From Cyanophora paradoxa CCMP329 (lineage: Eukaryota > Plantae > Glaucophyta): a DNA stretch of 64,000 bases. The stretch spans positions 62,001 to 126,000 of the forward strand of contig QPMI01000167.1 of assembly GCA_004431415.1 (NCBI GenBank). The letters run 5' to 3'. Positions 38,732 to 51,416 of this stretch are shown here, piece after piece (position 1 is the stretch's first letter; each line of letters opens with the position of its first letter). Under the pieces are notes generated by a model, which ran no database searches, was not told the DNA's origin, and saw nothing but the letters and a program-made list of their open reading frames with translations. A program made the position numbers and the translations under genes.

Positions 38732-40720
38732 ATGAGCAGACGGTCTCTGGATCGATTACACCGCAATGGATCGCCCTCCGGCGATGGCCCGTCATGCACA
38801 CGGGCCTGGATGATGTCCCCGCTTTCATGGTTCGGGCCGCCCCTCGTCAGCAGCGTTCGCCGCAGGGGGGCGTCCACCCAGACAGAGCTTCGCATCGCCC
38901 GAGCGTTTCAGGCCTACAGGAGGCGCTCCTCGTGCGAAACAACGTACGAATTCATATCAGCGAAGGCGCCGCACGTGTTCCTGCTCGAGCCGGTGCTCAT
39001 CACTCTGATCGAGTTCGGCCTCGCGCTGGGGAGCGAGATCGTCGTGGCCCTCGCCTCGAACATGCGCTCGCGGAGGGGCAAGAAGCAGAACGGCCCTCCC
39101 TCGCCGGCGTCCCTCCTGCTCGCCCCTCTCCACACGGTCCGCCCCTGCCGTGCGGTGCCCCGCCCGCCCGCCCAACCGGGGCCGGCAGGGGGCCATCGCC
39201 GCACTCTTCATCGGGTTCTCGCGTCTGCTCAACCCGAGCCCGCCGTGCTCCCTCGGGCTGCGCCCATCCGGGGCCACGCCGCCCATCCTGGCGGTGTCCT
39301 TCCTGCGGGGGCGGGGCCCGCCGCACGCGAGCCGGCCGGTCGTGCTCTGGGCCTTCTGCTGCGCCCTGCTCTTCCTCGACACCGCCCGGGCCCGCTTCCG
39401 CACCGACCTCCTCTCCAAGTCCGACCCCGCCGCCCTCGACGCCGCTCCCGCCCGGCCCCGCTCCTCCGGTGCCCGCCCGTCGCCCCCGGGCGACCGCGCG
39501 TGCCGACCGCGCGCAGACGTGCATCCGGCGCTGGCGGTGCTGGCTTTGGCGCGGTGCGGACCGTCCGCGGGCGCGGGGGGTTGCGGGAGCGTAACCGCCG
39601 CGCGGGGCTTAAGGGCGGGGCGGGGCGGCAGGTCGCCGCTGGAGCTGGCGCCGGCGCTCTTCTCGAGCTGCGTGGCGGCGCCGCTGGTGGAGGAGTACTA
39701 CTACCGGCGGGTGCTGATGGAGCGCTTCGCCGCCGTGACGCGCTCCTGGGCCCTCGCCTCCGCCGCCTCCGCCCTCCTCTTCGGCCTCGCCCACACCACC
39801 CGCGGTGCCCCCGCCCCCGGCCCCGCCCCCCGCCGCCCCGCCCGCCCTCACGCCCCGCCCCGCCAGGCGCCGTCACCCAGTGGGAGTACCGCCTCGCCGC
39901 CTCCCTCGGTCCGCCCCTCCAGCCGCCCCCGCGGGGCGCCGGCGTGACGCGCCGCCAGCGGCGGACGAGCTGCGCAGCCGGCAGGCGGCGCTGCGAGACC
40001 GGCTCGCCGTGCTCGACGCCTACGGGCGCTCCGACTGGCAGGGGCTGTGGGCGGCGGTGGCGGCGGCGCACGCGGCGGGGCGCGGGGCGGGGCTCGCGGT
40101 GGGCAGCGAGCTGCACGACCTCCTCGCGCAGCGCCTGCACGCCCTCGAGGAGCGCCAGCGCGCCGCCGCCGCCCGGGCGCTGCCGGCGCCGCCGCCGCCG
40201 CCGCCGCGGGGCCGCCCGCGAGGAGCTCCTCTCCCTCCTCGGCAAGGTGCGGCCGCCGGCGCGGGCGGCGGGAGGCGGGGGCGGGCGGGGCTCGCTGACG
40301 GCGGGCCAGCTGCGGCCGGAGGGGCTGGAGGGGCGCTGGGGACGCTGGACGCGGAGGCGATCGAGGCGGCACGGGAGGCGACGCGGGGCGAGCTCGACGA
40401 GGCCGTCGCCGCCCTCGCTGACCTCGACGCCGCCCGCTCCCGCTCCCGCGAGCAGTCCGCCCGCCCCGCCCCGCCCCGCCCCGCCGCGCCGCGTGCGGGG
40501 CCGGGGCCGAGGCGGGGGGCGGGGCAGGTCCGGGGTGGGGACGCTGCTCGGGGGCGCCTCGCGGTACCTGCCGCTGGCGGCGCTCCTCTCGGCGGGCTAC
40601 CTCGTCACCGGCGGCCGCCTCGCCCTCCCCTTCGCCGTCCACGCCCTCTACAACGCCCTCGTCTGCGCCAAGTGGCTCGCCTGCCTCCGCGCCGCCCCCG
40701 CCCCCGACCCGCCCCGCTAG
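38732..40720 (+). CDS. CPBP (CAAX protease/Abi) family intramembrane metalloprotease; start uncertain
   Basis: APLVEEYYYR, SALLFGLAH, LALPFAVHALYN. Confidence 0.8.
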   Translation: MSRRSLDRLHRNGSPSGDGPSCTRAWMMSPLSWFGPPLVSSVRRRGASTQTELRIARAFQAYRRRSSCETTYEFISAKAPHVFLLEPVLITLIEFGLALGSEIVVALASNMRSRRGKKQNGPPSPASLLLAPLHTVRPCRAVPRPPAQPGPAGGHRRTLHRVLASAQPEPAVLPRAAPIRGHAAHPGGVLPAGAGPAAREPAGRALGLLLRPALPRHRPGPLPHRPPLQVRPRRPRRRSRPAPLLRCPPVAPGRPRVPTARRRASGAGGAGFGAVRTVRGRGGLRERNRRAGLKGGAGRQVAAGAGAGALLELRGGAAGGGVLLPAGADGALRRRDALLGPRLRRLRPPLRPRPHHPRCPRPRPRPPPPRPPSRPAPPGAVTQWEYRLAASLGPPLQPPPRGAGVTRRQRRTSCAAGRRRCETGSPCSTPTGAPTGRGCGRRWRRRTRRGAGRGSRWAASCTTSSRSACTPSRSASAPPPPGRCRRRRRRRRGAAREELLSLLGKVRPPARAAGGGGGRGSLTAGQLRPEGLEGRWGRWTRRRSRRHGRRRGASSTRPSPPSLTSTPPAPAPASSPPAPPRPAPPRRVRGRGRGGGRGRSGVGTLLGGASRYLPLAALLSAGYLVTGGRLALPFAVHALYNALVCAKWLACLRAAPAPDPPR

Positions 40721-41140
40721 CACCACCCTCCACCCTCCTCCCCTTTCCCCACCCTCTTCTCCTCTTCGCTCCCCATGGCCACCTGCCACCCGCCAGTTTG
40801 CACAGTGTATTTGTCGTTTCGTTTTTGAGCGTGTCTGTCCTTTTCCCGAATCGAGCGCTGTATCGCACGCTGTATACGTACGTGTACTTTCCATGCAGCT
40901 GCAGCTGTACCATCACAATTTGATCGAACCGTAGCTGAAGTGCTGGCATGCGCATGCGTGCTCTTACACCATATATGTGCAATCCCAGTCTCCAACACCC
41001 GGCCCGTGCCCCAATTGAAATCAATCGATCTCCGAGTCCTGGTCATGAATACCTGAATGCAGAGCGCAGTGCGGGCTCGCTGAGCTCCAAGCCTCGGAGT
41101 GCCGGAGGGCGAGCGCCTTCTCAACGAGACCTCGTTTTAT

Positions 41141-42176
41141 TCAACTGCAGGTGCTCTTGAAGACACAGCGGCCCGAGGCGTCGCAGACCTTCTTCTTCGG
41201 GCAGCTGTGCTGCTGCTGCTGCTGCTGGTGGTGGGCCTGCGGCTTCTGGTGGTGCCCGGCGCGTTGCTGCCCGTGCCCGCTGCGCCCCCCGTGGCCCGCG
41301 TGGCCGTGCGGGTGGCCGCCCCCCCCGGGGAAGCCCCCAAAGCCGCCTGCGCCAGCGCCGTCAGCGCCGGCTCGCTGAGTAGGGAGGTCGGGGGCACAGG
41401 GCTGCGCACCTCCTCCGCCACCGCCCCCGAAGTTCATCCTAAAGCCGCCTCCCTGGCCGCCGCCCATGCCGCCGAACATTTGCGAGAAGATGTCCTGCGC
41501 CCCGCGCCCCGCGGGTCAGCCCGCGGCGGACGGTCGCAGCCGCGCTGCGCCCGAGTCGGGGGCGGGCCTCCATGTTCACGCGGGAGCCGCCGCCGGCGCC
41601 GAAGGGGTTGGCGCCGGGCCCGTGGCCGGCCTCCTGGGCCCTGACGCCCTCCTCGCCGGCGGCGTCGTAGGCCTCGCGCTTCTTCGCGTCCGAGAGGACG
41701 TCGTACGCGTAGCTGATATCCTTGAACTTCTCTTCAGCCTGCTTGCTCGGATTTTTGTCCTGCCCCATGGCCACGCCCCGCCCTCAGTGCCCGCGCGCCG
41801 GACCGCCCTCGCCCCTGAGCGCGCGGGGCCGGACCGGGTGGTACTTGAGGGAGAGCTTGCGGAAGGCCTTCGCGATGTCGCGGTTCGATGCCGTTTTGTC
41901 CACCCCGAGGATCCCGTACAGGTCCCGCGACGGCTTCGGCTTCGGCGCCGCCCGCTGATGGTGCTGGTGCGCGCGCTGCCCGCCGCCAAACCCGCCGAAA
42001 CCACCGCCTGCACAGAGGGGTCAGACAGACAGCTACTAGGGCTAGTCCAGATGTCGTTGGTCGTGTCTGAAATGCACACCAGGGAAGCCGCCGAATCCGC
42101 CACCGAAGAACGCGTGCGCCGATGCGCAGCACGCGACGAGAAGTATCGTAACACACAAAAGCCGCTGCGCGTTCAT
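41141..42176 (-). CDS. Secretory-pathway J-domain protein
   Basis: Signal peptide [22 protein letters not shown]; [37 protein letters not shown]; G/F-rich region. Confidence 0.9.
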
Positions 42177-42496
42177 GGGGAAGCGCGCCCAGTCCTGCCT
42201 AATCGCTGCGCACTCGGCTGCGCGCCGCGCTCTAAAATCGGTCGCGCGGCTCGTTCTGTTCTGTTATGGCGGCCCCGCCGTGAGCTTGTGGAATGTTCTG
42301 CTTCCTTCTCTGGTTCCACCTGAAATGCTCTAATCTGAGTTCGGCTTAAATATGCTGCTGGCGTAATCCGCCCTCGACTTCGCTCCTTCGAGTGGCCGAG
42401 AGCCACGGTGCCTACGTTGCCGTACCCCCAAGCCGGCTCAAAAGTCGGCGCCCGCGCCCGGGGCGCTCGCTCCGGCTCGCTCGGTGATCGAGTACG

Positions 42497-44227
42497 ATGG
42501 GACAAGGTGGCAGGTGCGCGGCGGCCTTGCTCCGTTGGGGGGCATCTCCGTGATCCGTAACTCCCTCGCAGTAAAGTCGTTTGTGCTGCATGCTCGAAGA
42601 AAAAGTCGAAGGCGAAGAAGCTAACCTGCCAGCATCCCATATGCCGGGCGTGCATGAAGACCAGCCGTGCGTTCCCTCCGACTCGCCCTGGGCGTACTGA
42701 CAAAGTCGCAGGCGGCGATCTGGCTGTCTGTCCGATCTGCTGGAAGGAGAAGACCGCACCCAAAGCCGACGCCGGCCGGGCGCCTAGTGTTCAGGTCAAC
42801 GTGGGCCTCAGCCCAACGCCGCCTCCGGGCGCGACGTCCAGCGGAGGGACGCAGAACAGCGTCTTCAATTCCGCGGCGAAACCGCAAGCGGCCGTGCAGC
42901 ACGGCGCGGAGAGTGCTCCGTGGCCGCAGCCCATCAGCACGGCGTCGTCCTCCGGACAGCAGCAGTCGCCTCAGAACCACCAAATACACCCACCGCCCGC
43001 TCCGCCTCTGCAGAACTCAGTGCAGCAGCAGCAGCAGCAGGCATATCCTCCGCCCGCTCCCCCGCCGCCGCCAGCGCCTTCCTTTCAGCCGCCGTCGCAG
43101 TCGTACCAGCAGTCGTCGGCCCCCTCCCTCTCTCCCCCATCGCCCCAGCAGTCCGGGTTCACGCCGCGGCAGCAGTATCCCCCGCCAGTTCCCCCGCCCG
43201 CTCTCGCGTCACAGAGCTTCTCGCAGCAAAACTACTCGTCCCAGCAGGGCTACTCCGCGCAGCAGGGGTACTCCCAGCAGGGCTTCTCCTCGCAGCAGAG
43301 CTTCCAGTCATACAGCTCGCCGCCGTACCAGCCACCCTCTTTCCAGCCGCAGGGCGTGGTGCCGCCGCCCCCGCCCCCGCCCCCGCCGCCGCAGCACCAC
43401 CAGGTCGGCGGCTTCGGGGCGCCGTACGGCATGGGCCAGGGCGACTGGCAGAACGGCGGGGGCGGCGGCCTCTCGCTGGGGGACGTGCGCCTGGAGGAGG
43501 GCGGGCCCCCGCCGCAGCCGCGCCGCTCGTCGCTGCGCGGGGACAGCGCCAGCCTGGACCCGAACCGCCGCGTGGGCTTCGTCGGCTTCGACCCGCCGCG
43601 GGAGGCAGGGCTGCCGCGGACGAGCAGCGGGGGCCTGAAGCAGGGCGGGGCGCACTTCGGGTCGCTGCCGGAGCACATGCTCCACGGGCACCAGCACCTC
43701 CCCGAGTTCGAGAAGCACGAGGGCGACTCCCTCCACCACCCCCCCGTCCCCGTCCGCCCCGCCCCGGCCCCCGCCCCGCCCCCGCCCCTACGGCCGCTGA
43801 GGCGTGCGAGGGGGGCGGGCAGGTGCGGCAGCAGCAGGCGGGGATGATCTCCCTCCTCGGCAACCACGAGCAGTGGGAGGACTACTGCGGTCCGCCGCCC
43901 CCGCGCCCCCCCACCCGCCCCGCCCGCCTTCCTCCCCGACGGGGCCGCCAGACTGGTGCGGGGGCCCCGTGCGGGAGGACGACCCCGGGGGCGTCTGCGC
44001 GCGCTGCCGCTCGCTGGGGCGCGGCCCGAGGCACGCCGACTCGAGCGACGACGACTCGAGCGAGCACGACGGGACCCTGCAGGGCCCCGCCGGTCCGCCC
44101 CGCGCCGCCCCTGCTCCGCCCGGCGCCGCGGGGTCCGACGGGGCCGGCAGGCTGGGGCCGCTTCCCCTCGCAGCAAGCTGTCGGGACCACCGCCTTCTCC
44201 AACGTCTACCGGATCGGCTCCTCGTAG
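42497..44227 (+). CDS. RING-HC finger protein with N-myristoylation motif and Pro/Gln-rich body
   Basis: Spliced MGQGGS-KVVCAAC..LTCQHPICRAC...CPIC (intron 42514-42571). Confidence 0.75.
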
Positions 44228-44685
44228 CGCCGCCGGCCCCCGCCCCCGTGCCCCGTCCCGGCCCCCTTCCCCTCTGCGAAGATGCATGCGCGCGCCCGCC
44301 GCGTTGTCCACGCCCGCGGCGTATCGAAGTCGAAGACCCAGAAGGCCCAACGGTCTAGGGCCCTGACTAGGGGCCGCTCGGCCGCAGTCTGTGCTATAGC
44401 TATCTTGACGGTCTGCATGAGCTTTCAAGCCCAGCCACCTAGCTGGCAGCTCTATCTATAGATCTAGAACGCGTGCATGCAACTTGGCAAATGCACGCAT
44501 ACAGATCAGACTTGGAGGTGTTGTGGTTGATTGCAAACATTATACAGAATACAAGGCGAATCTCGCGGCAAAACGCTATACACTGTGACAAGAGGAAAGG
44601 GGGCTAGAGTACAACGGGCGAAAATATTATGCGCGGGGGCCTTCTGCTACGCGTGGCGTGCGAGGGCGAGGCGGCGGGGCTGCGC

Positions 44686-45456
44686 TCAGTTCTTCTTCTC
44701 CTTGGCGATGGCGGAGCCGGCGAAGAGGATGGAGAAGAGCTTGCGGAAGAAGGCGACGATCGCAGCCAGCAGCGCCGCCAGCGGCGACTGCGCCCGCCTC
44801 AGCGGCCGGCTCAGCCCGGGCGGGGCGGGGCAGGGCTGGCGGACCGGGGCGGGGGCCTTGGCGTCGGCCTGGGCCTTGCGGGAGAGGAGCTTGGAGCGGG
44901 CGTCGTCGATGCTCGAGGCGGCCGCCTTCTCGACCCTCTCCGCCGCCCCGACGACCGCATCTACCACGTGCTTCGCCTCCGTCGCAACCTTCGCCGCAAC
45001 GGCCTTCGCCCCCACAGGCGCCTCCGCCACAGGCCCCCGCTCGCCCGTCGTCTGCGCTCCGCTCAGCCGCCGCCCGTTCAAGGCCCCTAGCGGCTCGACG
45101 CGCACCACTTTGTGAAAACCTTGCGTTTGCCGCAGGTGCATCGGGGCCTGCGCATCGGGGGTGTTGGAATCGCTTGCGGGGCGGCGGGGGCCGGCGGGGC
45201 GGGGGGGCGCGTGCCACATACCAGCTTCGAATTCTTTGTACGCGAAATGCGGTACAGATTCGCCAGCAGGGGGGCGGCTGCTCAAATAATTAGCACTCGA
45301 ATGGGCTGGAAAAGCTGGCCTGCAAGCCCCCGTAATGACGGAAGCGGTGGCACCTTGATAGGCCCGCTGGTAGGAGGCATCCGAGCCTAGAGTGCGCGAG
45401 CGCTGGTTCCTCTTTTGAACCGGGAAACGACGTTGAACGTTGCGGCCTGAGAGCAT
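44686..45456 (-). CDS. Hypothetical protein with C-terminal hydrophobic segment; start uncertain
   Basis: Coding-like helical exon and terminal LAALLAAIVAFFRKLFSILFAG..KEKKN*. Confidence 0.5.
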   Translation of the reverse strand: MLSGRNVQRRFPVQKRNQRSRTLGSDASYQRAYQGATASVITGACRPAFPAHSSANYLSSRPPAGESVPHFAYKEFEAGMWHAPPRPAGPRRPASDSNTPDAQAPMHLRQTQGFHKVVRVEPLGALNGRRLSGAQTTGERGPVAEAPVGAKAVAAKVATEAKHVVDAVVGAAERVEKAAASSIDDARSKLLSRKAQADAKAPAPVRQPCPAPPGLSRPLRRAQSPLAALLAAIVAFFRKLFSILFAGSAIAKEKKN

Positions 45457-46399
45457 TCAGGGATCGGATGAGCAAGGCTGGAGGAGATGCAATAAGGCTC
45501 GCCGCGGGGGACAAGACCAAAAACGTGTTTTATCCCCTCAATTACGTGCCTAGACCAGCTGTGCAAGCCCCGGCCGCAGCCGCGGTGGGTCGGGTCGAAA
45601 AACATATGGCGGGACTGCCTTCGACAGGCCAGACCGGGACGCACCAGCCATATCACCGAGCGCCTGAACTGAAAAAGAGGCTTTACGATGGGTATTGTAG
45701 CGAACCAACCGGCAGGAGCCCGCGAATAACGAGCTGCGCTGCGCTGACAGCTCGGCCGGCTGAATGGGCGTAGAGAAAGCTGCGAAAATCTCTACGTCCG
45801 TCATCTCTCTCTCTTCGGAGGCTCGGCGCTAGCGTCTCGAGCGTGCTGCGGCCGGCTTTGATTGAATTGCCACTACCCCCAGAGTCGAATGACCCTGTAT
45901 CCCTCACAACTTCACAAGTCTGTCAAGGAGCCGGACTGTGATTCGGAGCGCGCGCGGGAGCTAACACTGTGCGAGTTTCGTCAGTCGCAGGCGCTAGGCT
46001 CGCCGCCCTGTACGGCGCGCGTGGAGACGACAGCTCGAGCTCAGCTGCAGATTGCTCGGTCCAGTTGATCAGACGGGCGGAGACGCGCATGACGACGCTG
46101 CTGTGCCCTTCGAAAGCTCAAAACTACAAGGCCCTACTGCAAAGGTCTCTATTTCGATATCGATGTCGATTAAGGTCTGTCGTTTACTACAACGGTCTGC
46201 ATTTCGATATCGATCTCGATTAAATACGCGTATATACGCGATTTGGTAAGACGTCGCGACGGCTGACTCAGTGACGCGCGCGCGCGCTCTAGATCTTAGC
46301 TATATATAGGCAAGTGCATCCGGTCCCGGAGCGGCGAGACGCGGTGCATGCTAGCGCTATAGCTAGCTATAGAGATCATAGATGCATCGAGCTTGAGCG

Positions 46400-47468
46400 A
46401 TGGTGCTCGAAACCGGAGTTGCCTCATCTCGTCGACCTCCGATCGACCTCCCCTCCTTCGCGATCGTCGACTTCCTCCTCATGGAGGCACGCCCCGCCCC
46501 CCGCTCTAGATCTCGAGCTCGCGCTCGCCCTCGGGGCGCCGCCCCCCCCCCCCCCCCCCCCCCCTTGCCGCCGAGCTGCCGGCCTCTCGCGCAGGAGCTC
46601 CAGCGCGACGCCGACGGCGTCCGCAAGGCGCCCGCCCCCGCCCGCCCCGCCCTCCCCGCGCCGGCGCCGGGGCCGCGCCGGTGCCACGTGCACCCGGGCT
46701 GACGCGGCGCAGAACATGTTCTTCTACAAGGACCGCGGCGGCAAGCTCCACGCGGGGCCCCTCTGGCGCGCCCCGCCCCGCCCCGCCCCGAACGCCGCCC
46801 CATCGACGGCCCGCGCGCGCGCGCGCAGGGACTGCGGCCTCGCGTTCAACCGGTGCCCGCAGAGAGGAGCGCGCCTTCTGAATCTTGCCGTCGTGACTCG
46901 TATCGCGCAGGTCCTGGTTCTGCGACATGTTCGATCCCGAGGGCTTTGCCTTTCTGGCCACAAACCTCGACTGCCGGCCCCCGGCCCTCTGGCAGGCCCG
47001 CCCCGCCCCGCCCCGCCCCGGTCCCACGTGCGGCAGGCGTTCCCTGCGGAGCCCGTATTCACCGCCCTCGCCCCGCCCAGCCGGCCGGCGACGCGGGGGC
47101 AGGCGGGAGCTGATGGCGGGGCCGCTGGCGCCCGAGCGCCTGGAGGCCACCGTGGGGCGCCTTGCCGCCGAGATCGCCGCCGCCGTCGTCCGCCCCGCCC
47201 GGCCCTGCCCCGCCCCCGCCCACGTCGACGCCGCCCGCAGCCGCGGCACCTCGAGCGCTGGAAGGACAACCTCGCCATCGACGCCGCCGGCTGGGCCGGT
47301 GCCCGCCCCTCGCCCCCGCCGGCGGGACGCCGGCCCACGCGCGGGGCCGGGAAGGGAACGTGGATAGGGTGCGGGCATGGCTGCGGCACCGGGGCCTGGC
47401 TCGACGCCAACATCGGCTCCCTGCAAGCCAGCTGGCGCGCCGCCTGGGCCGCCAAGTACGGCCTCTGA
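46400..47468 (+). pseudogene. CotH kinase-family C-terminal fragment (truncated gene or short protein)
   Basis: IDLPSFAIVDFLLME-ELQRDADG..NMFFYKDRGGKLHAGPLW-DCGLAF; no N-terminal lobe recognised upstream. Confidence 0.6.
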
Positions 47469-47610
47469 GCCCCGCCGCACCGCCCCGCCCCCGCCCGCCC
47501 GCCGCCGCCCGCCCGCCCGCCCCGGCCCGCCCCGGCCCGCATGCCGACCCTGTGCCATCACGGCTGTCACGGTCTCTGCTGTACTATACATTGCATCGCA
47601 CTGCGGGCGC

Positions 47611-48552
47611 CTAGCTGTCGGGAGAGGTCTCGGGCTGCTCGTCGGCGGGCACGGGGGCCTCGGCGGGGGCGGCCTCGGGGGCAGCCTCGGTGGCGGCCTC
47701 GGCCCCCCCCTCGCCCTCGGGGGCCGCGGCGGGCTCAGCAGCGGCCGGCTCCTCCTCAGGCTCCTGCACGCGGGGCTCGGTCGCAGCCCCCTCCACCTCC
47801 GTGTCCGCCGGCACCTCTGTCACCTCCACGCTCCCCCCCGCCGCCGCCTCTCCCGCGTCCCCCGCCGTCTCCTCGGCCGGCGCCTCCGCCGGCGCCTGTG
47901 CCGGCGCATCGGCCGGGGTCTCGGCGGGGCCCCCCGAGGGGGCCTCCGCGCGGGCGCCAGCACTCCCGGCCGCCGAAGCACGCGATGCTGGCCGCGAGCC
48001 CTGACCCGAGAGCCGCGACGCCGGTCGCTCGCCCTCTGCAGGAGCAGCAGCGGCGGCGGCCGTCGCCGACTCTGCCCGCGATGCCGGCCTCGAGCCGCCA
48101 ACGGAGCCGGCGGGGGCCGCAGCCGAGGACGGCGATCGGCTTGCCGGCTTCGGGGGCATCGGCGGCAGGCTGCCGGCCTTCAGCGCCCCCTTCAGGTCCA
48201 GCGGGTAAGCGGCCGGGTTCGCCAGGTACCTGAAGAGCAGCGTCAGCAAGGAGCATACCGCAACTGATCGAAGCCTGAGGCGGGGAAACGCAGGGCGCAC
48301 GAAGCAATGAACTCCAACGGGTCATCCGGCCGATACACTATCAGCTGCTGAAGGATGGACTGGAAGAGCTCGTTGATCTTGTTTGTCTGCAAGGGAAATG
48401 CAAGGCATGTTAGCTATGCTCGTTTGACTGCAAGGATGTTCCAGTTGCGCACCTTCACGTAAGCCTCAATCCCGACCTTCAGCTGATTGCTGTTAAAAGC
48501 CATATCTGCTGCGTGCACGAGCTCTGTTGCGTTGTAGTCTCGCTTGCTTTTC
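47611..48552 (-). CDS. RIIa/Dpy-30-like docking-domain protein with acidic Ala/Glu-rich tail; 5' exons probably extend further
   Basis: GIEAYVK-TNKINELFQSILQQLIVYRPDDPLEFIAS-YLAN. Confidence 0.6.
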
Positions 48553-50025
48553 TAGGCCGCGGGACGGGTACGCGCGCAGCGTGGAGTCGGAGGCAAAGTC
48601 GTGCGCCCGTTAGCTCCAGAGTACTGTAGAACTTGTCATGGCGGGCGAAGAAGCGGGAGCGAGGATCGGTGAGACCCGCCCCGCGCGTCCTGCCCCCCCG
48701 ACCCGCCTACGCTCGCCGAGTCGTGTTAACGTTCGGCCCGCTTGCGCGCTGCTTTGCAGGCTTCTGGCTCTGGTGGAACTGCCCTTGTCTGAGGCCAATC
48801 ATGCACTCGCTTGGCATGTTCCCGGCCCGGGGAACATGCTGTAGGACGTCCAGCCTAGCAAATGGCTGATGCCATGATGCGCGCGCAGGCGCGGACATTA
48901 CCAGCTATCAAGTGAAGTCAGGTGCAGGGAAGATCGGATCGGGAATCTCGTCGGCGTTCGACAAGGTCGGCAACAAAGTCAGCAAGCTGTTTTGACTTCC
49001 TAATTGTCTCCTAATTATGTAATGCGTCTCTGTATTGCTATGCCATGATATCGATGGGCACGCATGCGCATTGGCCATGGATTGGAGCGCCATGATGGGC
49101 ACGCCGTCAGACTGCAGCTTCCAAGTTCGATTCTCGGCAACAATTGCAAAGTCAACAAGATTCAATTGTGATGCTTGTACAGTCAAATTCGATATAAACT
49201 AGGCATAGGACCGGAGCCGCACATGTACTGCAGTAGCTATAGACGTAAACCTAACGCTTGCTGATCGAGTTCACGATAAACGAATCATGCGCTTACGCGT
49301 GCGCATGCGCACTCAGCCGCACTGCAGCTGCTGCGGAACTTGGAGTCGTCCATCGCACAGCTCCAGATGTCGTTGGTCGTCTCTGAAATGCATCGCACAG
49401 CTCCGAGCCTCTTCAAGTTCGCTCCAGGTCCTGCAACCCCAGATCGGGCCACTTGTTCTCCGCCGCTCTAGGGTTCCTGTCGAGTGCTGCAGAGCGCATA
49501 AGCAGCGAGCTTCCGCGGTGTTTCTCAAACCAGGAAGCGCGCTCACTGTCGTCCATGTCGTCCATCGGGATTGTATGGCCGGGCGGGAGCTCGATGTCTG
49601 TCGAGCGCCCAGTCTCATCAGCAAGCATAAGAATCGCTCAAGTACCGGTTCCCAGGGCGGCGCTCGCACCCTCGTCGGGCAGTTTGTCAGTGAGCCAGTC
49701 GTCCTCTGCGATGTCGAGCAGCGGCCGCGTTCGGTGTACGTGGCAAAAGACGGAATCCTGGCGCTTGCATCAGCACAACAGGCGCGAGGAGCAGCCGCCA
49801 GCGAGCGCGCGAACCCGGTCTGCCATGGCGGCTCGAATTCAAAAAAGGGCACCGTGGCACTGCGGCAGCCGGGATCGGCCAATACTACTGCTCTAGATCT
49901 GCTAGCGATCCAATACTGCTCCGCGGGCTCGTAGGCTGCGTGCAGGAGTGCACCGGGGTGTGAACGTTTACTGTACCCCACGGCCAGCTCCCGTTAGCCT
50001 GCCGAGCCCTGCTTCCGCTGCCGCC

Positions 50026-51416
50026 ATGCCTCATCATGCATATGGGAGCCGGCTAGAGGGCGTGACGCTCTCCTCGTACCACCCCACCAAGGGTCTTGTC
50101 GCATTTTCGAAAGGTCACGGGTGCTGTTCCTTGTGTCCAAATTTCCGTGCGTTGCTAAAGTACGCGCAGGGACGAGCCTCAACGCTTTTCTGGTGTTCGT
50201 TCCAGGACTCACGGATGGCTTATTGAGGTCCGCAGTTAACAACTCCTGACACCGAGCGATGGCTGAGCCTAACGTGTTCTCCAGCCATGATTTCTTATTA
50301 GAACTGATCCCAGCCCTGAACGCCCGCGGGGTGACATTCGTGTGAGCCGATGTGGGCCCTGCATCTGCCTCTGCAAGCGCCTCCTCACGCACGCGCGCGT
50401 ACGTGCGCATCCGCGCAGGCAGCCGGTGCTGAGCTCGTCCTACCGGCAGTACGGGACGAGCTCGCTGCAGAAGGACGCGGAAGAGCTGGACGAACTGTTT
50501 GAGCACCTGCTCGGGCAGGCCGAGGGGGCGGGCATCAAGCGCGAGGATGTCGAATTCTACCTCATGGGTGCACTGGCGCCCTCGCTGCCCACGGCTGCGG
50601 TCTCACGGGCGGGGCGGCGCAGGGCACTCGACGGGGACGCAGGACACGGTGGGCGCCTCCCACCCCCCCCCCCCCCCCCCCCCCTCCCCCGGGGGCCGCC
50701 AGCCCATTCGCCCGCCCCGCAGGTGTGGTTCCTGAAGCACGCGCGGAACCGCTCCCGCGTCCGCCGCGCCATCCTGCAGGCGCCCGTCAGCGACAGAGAC
50801 TACCTGCGCAGCCTGTGCGCCGGCCTGCCGCCCTCTGCCCCGGCCCGCCCCCGCGCCGCTGGGAGCCACGGTCGGGGGTCGCAGGCCGGGTTGGGAGGAG
50901 CGGGCGAAGCTTGCGGCGGAGCTGGTGGCGGCGGGGCAGGGGGCGCGGCTGCTGCCGGGGGACACGCGGGAGGCGGACGAGGCGGTGCCGGTGACGGCGT
51001 ACCGCTGGGACAGCTTGGTGGGGCGCCTCGGCGACGACGACATGTTCAGCAGCGACCTCACCGACGCCGAGCTCCGCTCCCGCCTCGGCCACGTCGCCGC
51101 CCCCACCCTCCTCCTCTTCTCCCTCGGTCCCCGCCCCCCGCCCCCGCCCCGCCCGCCTGCCCCCGCCCCACGCCGACGGGGCGGGGAGCAGCCGACGAGT
51201 ACGTGCCGGCGCACGTCGACGCCCGCGCCCTCGCGCACCGCATCCGCGCCGCCCTCGGCGGGCCCTCGGAGCTGGTGCCGCCCCCGCCGCGCGGTCTTCG
51301 GGGCGCGGGCCAACGGGCGGGTGCAGGTGCTGGTGGAGGGCGGGCGGCACGCGCTGCCCGACCACGCCGACCTCCTCTGCACCTCCGTCCTCGCCTTCAT
51401 CTCAAAGCCCTTCTGA
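50026..51416 (+). CDS. DUF1749/UPF0613 alpha/beta hydrolase
   Basis: GLTDGLL, LSSSYRQYGTSSLQKDAEEL, GHSTGTQD, ILQAPVSDRD, DDDMFSSDL, DEYVP. Confidence 0.9.

Noticed and set aside
48900-49950. Possible additional gene or upstream exons
   Set aside because: No consistent exon chain or recognisable domain could be built by eye
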